From NCBI GenBank assembly GCA_963779615.1, contig CAVZZA010000001.1, positions 160,001 through 224,000 of the forward strand: a stretch of DNA of 64,000 nucleotides. Direction: 5' to 3'. Source of the stretch: an uncultured Nitrososphaeraceae archaeon (lineage in GTDB: Archaea > Thermoproteota > Nitrososphaeria > Nitrososphaerales > Nitrososphaeraceae). The notes below the pieces were generated by a model. That model did not search any database, was not told where the DNA came from, and saw only the letters and a program-made list of their open reading frames with translations. Position 1 is the first letter of the stretch. Each line of letters starts with the position of its first letter. A program made the translations under genes and the position numbers. Below, piece after piece: positions 55,653 through 64,000 of the stretch.

Positions 55653-55685
55653 TGTGCTTTATAAATATTAATATATAATTCTAGC

Positions 55686-56303
55686 CTATCTTGAATATCT
55701 ACCTCTTTGTTCGATTTCTTTGACAGTATTAAATATTTTTAGAGACTTTTTGCCATAAATATTACCATAACCCAGAAAAAAGTTTTCAAACGATGGTTCA
55801 AAGTATTCTACATGAACACTATTCAATATCTCCTTAAATAGGCGTATATCAGCTGCTTTGTCTTCTAATCGCTCTGAAAAAAAGGACAAGCCAAAATCAA
55901 AAATAATTAAATGCTTTTGAGGGGTTAATATAAAATTAGAGGTTGTTATATCACCATGAATTATATTGTTAAAATGAAGTGTCGCCACTATTTTTCCAAC
56001 TTCATAACAAAGATCTGAAGAAAAAACATCTTTCAACACACTTCCCACAATATACTCCATTATTATCTCAAAATTGTCTGAATTAAGGAAATAGATAAAA
56101 GGAGTTTCAACACCAAACATTTTTACAGAAGACATAATGTTAGCTTCATGCAAAGTTCTCTGTTTTCTTAAGGCTAAATCAATATCATAATGACGGTATT
56201 TTTTAGGTAACCTAATTTTAGAAACAGCCTCATATCCATACCAATCTACCAGATATAATTCAGACTCTGCACCCCTTTTCAATAATCTTTTATTTTCCGT
56301 CAA
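55686..56303 (-). CDS. bud32: KEOPS kinase Bud32; TTG start at 56303
   Basis: KRGAES, K.YRH..ID, HGDITTSN, DFGL, E.RGRY. Confidence 0.92.
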   Translation of the reverse strand: MTENKRLLKRGAESELYLVDWYGYEAVSKIRLPKKYRHYDIDLALRKQRTLHEANIMSSVKMFGVETPFIYFLNSDNFEIIMEYIVGSVLKDVFSSDLCYEVGKIVATLHFNNIIHGDITTSNFILTPQKHLIIFDFGLSFFSERLEDKAADIRLFKEILNSVHVEYFEPSFENFFLGYGNIYGKKSLKIFNTVKEIEQRGRYSR

Positions 56304-56340
56304 TAGATAATTATAGTAATACGACACAGATTTAAAAATC

Positions 56341-56682
56341 ATGGATAAAAAATCACAATCACCAAGTAATGAAAAAAAAATAATTTTACAAGAGGATTGT
56401 TCTGAAGACAAATTAAAAAACGGTATTCTCACCCTTACATGTAAAAAAATAATTTTTGAGAAAACCAAGGGTCGAATAGTAACCTTATCAAAGAAATTGC
56501 TTGACGAAAAGTTAGAAATTGAGTTTAATGAGATATCCAGCATTAAATCTGAAGGAATAATCATAAAAAAACTAGTCCTGACTTTGAAAAGTAATAACAC
56601 TTACAAATTTGGAGTTCTAAATCCAGGAAAATGGGTAAAAGAAATTCAATTGCAGATAGGAAAATATACTAAAGAATCCTGA
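56341..56682 (+). CDS. Hypothetical protein, PH/GRAM-like
   Basis: G.LTLT.K.IIFE...F.V.NP..WV pattern. Confidence 0.6.
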   Translation: MDKKSQSPSNEKKIILQEDCSEDKLKNGILTLTCKKIIFEKTKGRIVTLSKKLLDEKLEIEFNEISSIKSEGIIIKKLVLTLKSNNTYKFGVLNPGKWVKEIQLQIGKYTKES

Positions 56683-56685
56683 CAA

Positions 56686-57708
56686 TTATCGCCACAAAAT
56701 ATCAACTGTATCCAATCTCCAAGATTGAGATATAGATGCTTTTTCAGGATCGACCCGAGAAAATAAAGAATGAAGATATGATTCAAGTCCTGTCCATGCT
56801 ATTTGTGCACCATTATCGCCGCAAAACCGTAAAGGACATGATTTAAAAATAGAACCGTGATATTCGCAAGCCAAATGCAACATTTGAGACAAACGATTGT
56901 TAGCTGAAACCCCACCAACAATTAGAAATTCTTTTTTTTCAGTAAATGATAATGCACGTTCAACGGCCTCCACAATTATAGAAAACGCAGTTTCCTGTAA
57001 TGAAAAACATATATCAGATAAAGCATGCTTTTTATCATGTATCAGCCTTTTAGCTGCAGTCAACAACCCTGAAAATGAGACATCATTTCCCTTTATCACA
57101 TATGGTAATGGATATACTAATTTTTTATCAGCCATATTAGACAATTCTTCAATTTTATTACCACATGGGGAGGCAAAGCCCATACTTCTTCCCATCTGAT
57201 CAAAAAGCTGTCCTACAGTAATGTCCAAAGTTTCACCAAAAACTCTCCATTTATTTTTGTGAAATACAAGAATCATAGTATGTCCACCTGAAACTAAAAG
57301 CGTAAGAGGATTAATCAGCCCGGTAAGCTTTATTCCTAGTTCAATATGACCAATGGCATGATTAACAGGGATTAAAGGGACATTATAAAAAGATGATAAA
57401 GAACGAGCTATTACAGCCCCAATCCGCAAACACGGACCTAAACCAGGTCCGGCAGAATAAGATACTAAATCAATATCATTCATGCTGATATTTGCAGTAG
57501 CAAGGCACTCTTTTAGTATCTGTGGCGCCACTAGTGCATGGTGTTTTGATGCATCCCTTGGATGTATCCCCCAGCCAGCAGGTGCTTTGTAAATATCTCG
57601 AACTTCGGATAACACAATATCATCACTTTTAGTTCCAATACGATTTTCACTGTTTACCACAGAACAGCTGAAAGTATGAGCGGTGCTTTCTATTCCAAGA
57701 CAAAGCAT
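56686..57708 (-). CDS. kae1: KEOPS t6A transferase Kae1
   Basis: GIESTAHT, GPGLGPCL, HAIGHIE, VSGGHT, GETLDI, DNGAQIA. Confidence 0.96.
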   Translation of the reverse strand: MLCLGIESTAHTFSCSVVNSENRIGTKSDDIVLSEVRDIYKAPAGWGIHPRDASKHHALVAPQILKECLATANISMNDIDLVSYSAGPGLGPCLRIGAVIARSLSSFYNVPLIPVNHAIGHIELGIKLTGLINPLTLLVSGGHTMILVFHKNKWRVFGETLDITVGQLFDQMGRSMGFASPCGNKIEELSNMADKKLVYPLPYVIKGNDVSFSGLLTAAKRLIHDKKHALSDICFSLQETAFSIIVEAVERALSFTEKKEFLIVGGVSANNRLSQMLHLACEYHGSIFKSCPLRFCGDNGAQIAWTGLESYLHSLFSRVDPEKASISQSWRLDTVDILWR

Positions 57709-57710
57709 AA

Positions 57711-58910
57711 TTAATTTCTACTAGTAGTAGAAACTATTTTAATTATGTCATTATTTTTTAATATGTGTTCAGCACCTATTCTTTGCTTTGACCTTGCGTC
57801 AATAGCATAAAGAAAACCTTTTCCCAATTCCTTATGAATAAGGTTTGCTAGTTCCTTTGCCGTTATGTTTTTTGAAACTATCCTTGCCTCTGGTAAAACA
57901 TTTCCTTTTTTATCAGTGAATTTAAATTCATCTTCCACAGGATATACTACAATATTGTTCAGAACATCAAAACAAGCATAATTCAAAATATTTTGAACTC
58001 CAGTTGAACCAAAGCTCTCCAAAATTTTAGACACCCTATTCAAGGCATCCAATTGTTTGCTAGAAACAATATCAGGGTTTTTGATCTCAAAATTAGAATC
58101 TCCAGGCAGATAAAAAATAATGTTCTTCTGTAAGGCTTTTTTTAATAGTAACTCAGCTTCAGAAACACATGTGAAAAATGGTCTATTCACAGTTTTTAAT
58201 TTGGAAATATTTTGATCAGAAGACGGCAAATCTGCTTTATTAGCAGCTATAACAATAGGCTTGGACGATAATCTGATTTGTTTGCACAATTCAAGCAGAT
58301 CGTTCTTATCCCAATCAGAAGGCTTTTTAACCAATCTAACAGTATTCATAGCATTTCTAATAACTTGTTCACTAATAGACAAGCCAGAAAGTCGTTTTGA
58401 TATAGTGTGTTCAATCCTTTGCTTTAAATTTTCACTTTCTCTTACAACTTTGTCCCAATCTTTCATAATCAAAGAATGTATCCATAAATCAAACTCATTT
58501 TCTACAAATTCTATATCAGATAATGGGTTACCACTTCCTAAACTGACAGGTTTTCCCTCTTCATCTGTTGATCCGGATATATCCACGACATGGATAATCA
58601 CACTGGCCTGCCTAGCATCATCTAAAAATTTATTTCCCAACCCTTTCCCAGAATGAGCACCCGGAACTAGTCCCGCTACGTCTATCAATTTTATTGGAAT
58701 AAATCTAACGCCATTGATACATCTTGAATTAATTGGGGCATCAAGTACACCCATTTCCTTACAAACGCAGCTAACCCTCACAAAGGCAATGCCGATGTTA
58801 GGGTCAATAGTAGTAAATGGAAAATTAGCTATCTGAACAGACAAGTCTGTGGCAGAATTAAAAAATGTTGATTTGCCAACATTAGCTTTTCCCAACAAAC
58901 CAATTATCAA
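57711..58910 (-). CDS. ychF: YchF/Ola1-family NTPase with TGS domain
   Basis: GKANVGKST, FPFTTI, DVAGLVPGA, GLGNKFLDD. Confidence 0.92.
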   Translation of the reverse strand: MIIGLLGKANVGKSTFFNSATDLSVQIANFPFTTIDPNIGIAFVRVSCVCKEMGVLDAPINSRCINGVRFIPIKLIDVAGLVPGAHSGKGLGNKFLDDARQASVIIHVVDISGSTDEEGKPVSLGSGNPLSDIEFVENEFDLWIHSLIMKDWDKVVRESENLKQRIEHTISKRLSGLSISEQVIRNAMNTVRLVKKPSDWDKNDLLELCKQIRLSSKPIVIAANKADLPSSDQNISKLKTVNRPFFTCVSEAELLLKKALQKNIIFYLPGDSNFEIKNPDIVSSKQLDALNRVSKILESFGSTGVQNILNYACFDVLNNIVVYPVEDEFKFTDKKGNVLPEARIVSKNITAKELANLIHKELGKGFLYAIDARSKQRIGAEHILKNNDIIKIVSTTSRN

Positions 58911-59050
58911 TTATAAAAGGTAATTTGAGGATTCATATATTTACTTTCAAATAGACAACACCATCATCATATATACTATAGCGGTTGAATGGCTAAATAC
59001 AAACATCACAATTTTTATCAACCTAAAAACAAAAGTAATTAGGTTTCAAA

Positions 59051-60430
59051 GTGGCTGGGATAATTGCAATATGTAATTATAATGAAAACTATGATAAAGA
59101 AAAATTAATTTATCAGATATTTAGAGGTATGCAATTACTCCAACACCGTGGTAAAGCATTCTGGAAAATAAACTCGGGTCAATGCGATATAGAGGGTTAT
59201 GGTGCTTTACCATCGTTTAATCCAATAAGCGAAAAAATAAAAAAACAAGAGAAAAATATATCAAATGCAGCCACAGGATATCTTTCTAAAAAAAAACCTC
59301 AACATAAAATGCGCGATAAAATCAATTTTGCATTAGATGGTTTTTTTATAGATATTGATAAACTATCAATGCATCCTTTAATAAAAAATAAAAACAATGT
59401 TGAACCAATATGTCAAATTAATTCTATTTTTAAGGAGCTCCTGATTGAAAGGAATGATTCGTATAAAGCTGCAGAATTTTTAGACCGGCATTTAAGAGGA
59501 AATCTGGTAATAAGCCTAAACAACACACTATATGTTTTCAGAAACAGCACAGGGTTTAAGCCCTTATATATAGGAGAAGATAAAAAAGAACAATTCTTTA
59601 TATCAGTATCTGAAAATTATCTTGAGAATTTTTTTAATAATTTAAAGTTAAGAGAGACAAATCCGGGTCAATTAATGAGTATCGATTTAAAAAATGGTAT
59701 CAAAATTCTTACTCAACTAGATAGAAACAGAATTCTAATGGACCCTTTCGAATTTATGCGAGAATCACACGTATCAAGTATTTTTAATAATAAAAGTATA
59801 TACAGCATAAGGAAAAACATTGGAAAATTACAGGCAGAATTTCTTGGGGGAAAAAATATCGATGCAGAATTGATCTATGCAGAACCTGATTACACAAGAC
59901 CTATGGCATTGGGATTCAACATAGAGTACAAAAATAAAAATAATGTTGAAATGTTTGAGGGGATAATAAAAGACCGGTATGATGATTCTGATCACATGAT
60001 AGACTATTCCGAACAAGTTAGTAAGAACAAACTACTGTCAAATGGAAAAACTTTAAAATTCGTCATAGAACCACTTACAAATGGCAAAAATGTAACATCT
60101 ATTCAAGGCACAATTCAAACTGGAGGCACAATTATTGAAACAATTTTTTATTTAAGAAAAGCTTGTGCAAAAAAAATTAACATAATAGTGAGCTATGTTC
60201 CTACTATTGACGGTCGACAGGTTGGTCTTTATACACAACAAAGAGATTTAATTGCCAGAAAATACATCGGTAAAATTACATATATTGATGATTTAAATGA
60301 TAAAATTGCTACAGATTTAGGGGCAGATAAAGTATTTTACAATTCACCCGAAATTTTATCCAGAGGAATCGGAGTTCCTGAAAGTCAACTATGGTTTCCA
60401 GAATGGATACGTTTTTTAGACTACAAATAA
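59051..60430 (+). CDS. Amidophosphoribosyltransferase-like protein with degenerate active sites
   Basis: LQHRG, R..TGFKPL, FEF, R..IG..; N-terminus MAGI lacks the Cys; PRPP loop reads IQGTIQTGGT. Confidence 0.75.
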   Translation: MAGIIAICNYNENYDKEKLIYQIFRGMQLLQHRGKAFWKINSGQCDIEGYGALPSFNPISEKIKKQEKNISNAATGYLSKKKPQHKMRDKINFALDGFFIDIDKLSMHPLIKNKNNVEPICQINSIFKELLIERNDSYKAAEFLDRHLRGNLVISLNNTLYVFRNSTGFKPLYIGEDKKEQFFISVSENYLENFFNNLKLRETNPGQLMSIDLKNGIKILTQLDRNRILMDPFEFMRESHVSSIFNNKSIYSIRKNIGKLQAEFLGGKNIDAELIYAEPDYTRPMALGFNIEYKNKNNVEMFEGIIKDRYDDSDHMIDYSEQVSKNKLLSNGKTLKFVIEPLTNGKNVTSIQGTIQTGGTIIETIFYLRKACAKKINIIVSYVPTIDGRQVGLYTQQRDLIARKYIGKITYIDDLNDKIATDLGADKVFYNSPEILSRGIGVPESQLWFPEWIRFLDYK

Positions 60431-60488
60431 ACAGACAGGCATTCAACAATTAATTTTATATTGTAATGTCAAACATTCATCACCACCC

Positions 60489-60782
60489 TTGGAACTAATA
60501 AGAAAAAAAATAATATCGGATAATATCTTTAACCTTGAAGGCATAATTATAGGTAAAGTAGAATTAAGAGAATATGGGACAAATACTAACGATGGTGAAG
60601 AATCTTATGCCATAATGCTATACATCAATACAGATCACGGGGAAAAAGAAGTAGATTATTTAGGGAAATTAACCAGAAATAAACAAGATTTTGATGATAG
60701 TTTTAATTTCTTATGTAACTATAATGGTATGTTATCAACCCTAAATCGAATAATTATAGAGATTGAAAATAATTCAAGTTAA
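60489..60782 (+). CDS. Hypothetical protein
   Basis: 97-aa ORF co-oriented with the upstream gene. Confidence 0.5.
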   Translation: MELIRKKIISDNIFNLEGIIIGKVELREYGTNTNDGEESYAIMLYINTDHGEKEVDYLGKLTRNKQDFDDSFNFLCNYNGMLSTLNRIIIEIENNSS

Positions 60783-60787
60783 ATGGT

Positions 60788-61330
60788 TCAAATTAAATTA
60801 AAAAGTTCATTTAATTTATGTATACGAGGGTAATTTATTAAAGATTTATTCCAAGGTTGATCGAAAATGATTATTCTACGAGGCAACAATACTTCTACGG
60901 CATTGATAGGAGAATCATCAACCAAAAGAAAAAAAGGATAGCATGTTTTTGATGCATTATCAAAAATAAAAATGATATCATTAAAGTATACATTATATAG
61001 ATCAAGCCAAAGAGATACGAAACTCATTGTAGCGCGATCTCTTTTTGTTAAAATAGAAATTCTATAACCTGCTTTTTGTAATAAACTGGTAACGATTGAA
61101 ATATCCTCACAGGTTGGAGGTATATCTTTCCAGCGGCTTTTCCAAACATGGATAAAAAGATCTTGAACACATTTTTCAGAGAGAGGCAAAATATTGTGAA
61201 TGTGCCATTCAAATATATCTTGCTTTTTTATACTAGATTTAAAAATACTATTATATTCCTCTATCCAAATTTGCATAACATCAGCAAGGACAGAATCCAA
61301 ATCCAATGCAATAGTTTTTTGATTTGTCAT
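60788..61330 (-). CDS. HAD 5'(3')-deoxyribonucleotidase-like
   Basis: DLDSVLAD, VDDSP.N, FDQPWN. Confidence 0.85.
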   Translation of the reverse strand: MTNQKTIALDLDSVLADVMQIWIEEYNSIFKSSIKKQDIFEWHIHNILPLSEKCVQDLFIHVWKSRWKDIPPTCEDISIVTSLLQKAGYRISILTKRDRATMSFVSLWLDLYNVYFNDIIFIFDNASKTCYPFFLLVDDSPINAVEVLLPRRIIIFDQPWNKSLINYPRIHKLNELFNLI

Positions 61331-61458
61331 TTTTTAGAATATTAACCATTAAGCAATTTATTATTTTATGGTCAGTTTAATAAAAATTAGATACTGTAGC
61401 CGCAACGATTAAAAAATAAAGGAAGGGAGACAGAAAAAAAGGAAAAATTTAACTAATT

Positions 61459-62642
61459 GAGGCGGGGTCACAATTCATTTTAACAACAAATCTCACCATC
61501 ATGACTTGGAGTCTCATTAACAGCCTATCACATACTTGAGTGCCCGCGGATTGTCCTTTTGCACCTTGCAGTTGTGTAATAAGCAATCTCTGACAGAGCA
61601 ATACGGACAGCAGTATGACACCGCTTGCTTTCATACCCTCTCACAGGTGATGAGTCTATCCTAAAGGTGGATTTAATGTGCCCAATCAGCGGTTCTATTG
61701 GTGTACTTCCCTTTGAGTATACAACCTGTCCTAGAGCGGATTCACAGAAATCCGCTATTTCCATCCCTTCTGTTGGAGTACTTCAGTATCGACGGACTGG
61801 ACACCAAGATGGAACCCCAAACCCATGCTTAACTCATGGAGATCCTGATCATCGTATCCTGGAGGGCCTGCAGTCATAAAATGCGCTTTCATTATTGTTT
61901 CTAAAGGTATACTTGATGTTAATCCTTCATAGTCTTGATTGTCCTGTACATTTGCGGTTGTGGCACCGGCCAATAAAGGAATGGCAATGGAGCCAGTACT
62001 TGATTTCCTGCAACGTACCCAAATGTCCATCCCTTGGCATGGCTGAATCCCCATTAGCATCTGTGTCAATACCCGAGTGTGGAACTAGTCCTTTTTCCAT
62101 TGATGATTTGTGCCAGACATGACCTTTGTTGGCTTTGACAAGTATGCGGTCTGTCGCTATCATGTATGGTTTGACCATGCCCCTGGAACAAACAGGCATC
62201 ACCCCATAGTTGCTATCCTTTCTCTGATGTCGATTAGAGACAGTCTTCAGCCGCCTATCAAAGGTGCGTCTGCTTGGCAACTGCGGTTCAGACAATCCAC
62301 AGGCTTTCACCACCACCTTTCTGTTGCATGGCAAGTCGATGGGAAGATGTTGATGATGCAATGCCCTGTTTTAGTCAAGCCAAAACCATATACGCACTAT
62401 AAAGCATCCGAGGATTATGGATCGAATAAACATACTGTCTACTGCCTCTACTACGATAATTGCTTCCCGTATGGATACCACACGACCAACCTATCAATCC
62501 AACAAGATACAAAAAACTAATCAGAATGGATGATGTACCATAAACCGCCTAGTCTTCTGTTGGATAGTAGTGTCAAGTTCTGCACCAAAATATGATACCT
62601 CAACAGACTAGATTTATTTGTCATGGTTTATGACCCATGCTC
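61459..62642 (-). mobile_element. Decayed DDE insertion sequence (IS4/IS5-like) with imperfect TIRs
   Basis: Frameshifted fragments LPSRRTFDRRLK, ATD...KA.KG.VWH, IDTDA, IEPL..HIKS.F; TIRs GAGGCGGGGTCACAA / TTATGACCCATGCTC (11/15); ATT on both flanks. Confidence 0.75.
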
Positions 62643-62664
62643 ATTTATTTAAATTAAAGCAAGG

Positions 62665-63615
62665 TTATCGCTTTGCATCATATATTGTATGATATTTTTC
62701 TATTTGGATTGTAGTATGAGTTATTTTAAACCTCATATCCAGTAATGAATTTATATCCTGCAAAATTGCCTGAGATCGATTTAAATCCAACACTATTACG
62801 TGAGCTGATAACGCAGTAATTCCTGAAGTAATACTCCAAATATGAAGATCAAATATACCAGTTACTCCTTTTATTTGCAGTATAGATTTCTTTATTTCAT
62901 CATAAGGTAAATTTGGTGGGGAGCTTTCCATTAACACAACAACCGATCGTCTCAATAGAGACCAGGTTCGTGGAATAATAAACAATGCGAGTCCAAAACT
63001 TGCAAGAGAATCAACAAACCAAAAACCAGTAAAGAAAATCACAAGAGCAGAGACAACAATAGCAAATGATCCCACCAAATCACTCAATAATTCCAATCTT
63101 GCACTCTGGACATGAAGATCCTCTGTTTTCTTAAAATCATCAAAATGATTGTATATGGAATCTACAGATGCAGGGTTTTGATGTACGTGCCCTTCCTTGA
63201 GAAGAACAAATCCCACAAGATTTACTATTATTCCCACTATTGCAACAATAAGCATATTAAAGCTTTGAATTTCATGAGGTGAAAAAATTCGACGGTAGGC
63301 TTCAAAAATAATAAAGAAAGAAACAATTAATAAAATAACGCTGTTTGTAAGGGTAGACAATATTTCAGTCCTATAAAATCCGTATGTATGTTTTGGTGTA
63401 GCTGGCTTTCTGCTAAATAACATCGCAAATAAAACCAGAGCGACTCCAAACACGTCAGCAAACATGTGAGAAGCATCTGCAAGTAATGCAAGGCTTCCTG
63501 TAATGTATCCCGCAACAATCTCCACAACAAGATAGGAACACAATAGAGTCAGAATGATTTTTATTTTTTTAATCTTTAAATGCGTTTTATCTATTCTTAC
63601 ATCATCACTATTCAA
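62665..63615 (-). CDS. CzcD-like CDF zinc transporter
   Basis: SLALLADASHM, TYGFYR.E, DLHIWSIT, HTTIQIE. Confidence 0.92.
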   Translation of the reverse strand: MNSDDVRIDKTHLKIKKIKIILTLLCSYLVVEIVAGYITGSLALLADASHMFADVFGVALVLFAMLFSRKPATPKHTYGFYRTEILSTLTNSVILLIVSFFIIFEAYRRIFSPHEIQSFNMLIVAIVGIIVNLVGFVLLKEGHVHQNPASVDSIYNHFDDFKKTEDLHVQSARLELLSDLVGSFAIVVSALVIFFTGFWFVDSLASFGLALFIIPRTWSLLRRSVVVLMESSPPNLPYDEIKKSILQIKGVTGIFDLHIWSITSGITALSAHVIVLDLNRSQAILQDINSLLDMRFKITHTTIQIEKYHTIYDAKR

Positions 63616-64000
63616 TTTAATTGAATCAACATTTTTTGTTTATCAGAATTATTTATTTTTGTTCAATTTATAAAGTTTAATAATTTTAACAATTAACTAC
63701 AAATAAAGCGAATCAGCATCTAAAAAACTTTTGACAAGGTGGATATAATTAAAAACAGATAATTAATAATGATACTTATAATCCAGAATCCAAATTGTTT
63801 TTAATACCATTTACATGAATTGTAACAATATTTTATAAATTATATTTTATATATGTGAATCAATATTGTATAGTAATGTTACCATCATCTAACACAAAAT
63901 CTTTTTTACCATAAAATCTAACTAAATGGTAATTCTTCTGTTTCATCATCAAAATCTCGTATTTAAAAGAGGATCAATGTTTATAAAGTTAGCAGAGAAG

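Noticed and set aside
55686-56600. 304-aa Bud32 as listed in the ORF track
   Set aside because: The upstream ~99 codons are the antisense of 56341-56682; kinase similarity begins near 56303.

Overview
Archaeal chromosomal DNA. It is most consistent with an ammonia-oxidising Nitrososphaeraceae (Ca. Nitrosocosmicus-like) genome; this is inferred from Alba, aIF5B, L7Ae/L24e/S28e, Kae1/Bud32, archease, intron-containing tRNAs, AT-rich spacers and low-complexity protein tails. Layout: (i) 1-6 kb, small accessory genes; (ii) 6-14.7 kb, a divergent Hef-like helicase / XPB-Bax1 DNA-repair cluster; (iii) a ~19.6 kb accessory island bounded by inward-pointing tRNA-Pro and tRNA-Gln; (iv) 34.5-64 kb, housekeeping backbone (sugar-nucleotide genes, ilvE, alba, argH, sdhACDB, hisS, infB-ndk-rpl24e-rps28e-rpl7ae, KEOPS, ychF) with one decayed IS. 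The island holds IS relics, a sulfatase/DUF1254 pair, and two copies of an 'HTH gene <- -> short ORF running into tRNA sequence' module that look like split-integrase ends. It also holds the most notable observation: four secreted paralogues sharing a signal peptide and a ~38-aa Q/N/G-rich two-Cys cassette with a curlin-like pattern, fused to different cargo (none, short Gly-X-Y tail, collagen stalk plus tip, Ig-like plus NHL propeller). Many genes, including essential rpl7ae, carry single-base frameshifts, so most of these breaks are probably assembly indels. All family assignments come from motif recognition by eye; no searches were run.
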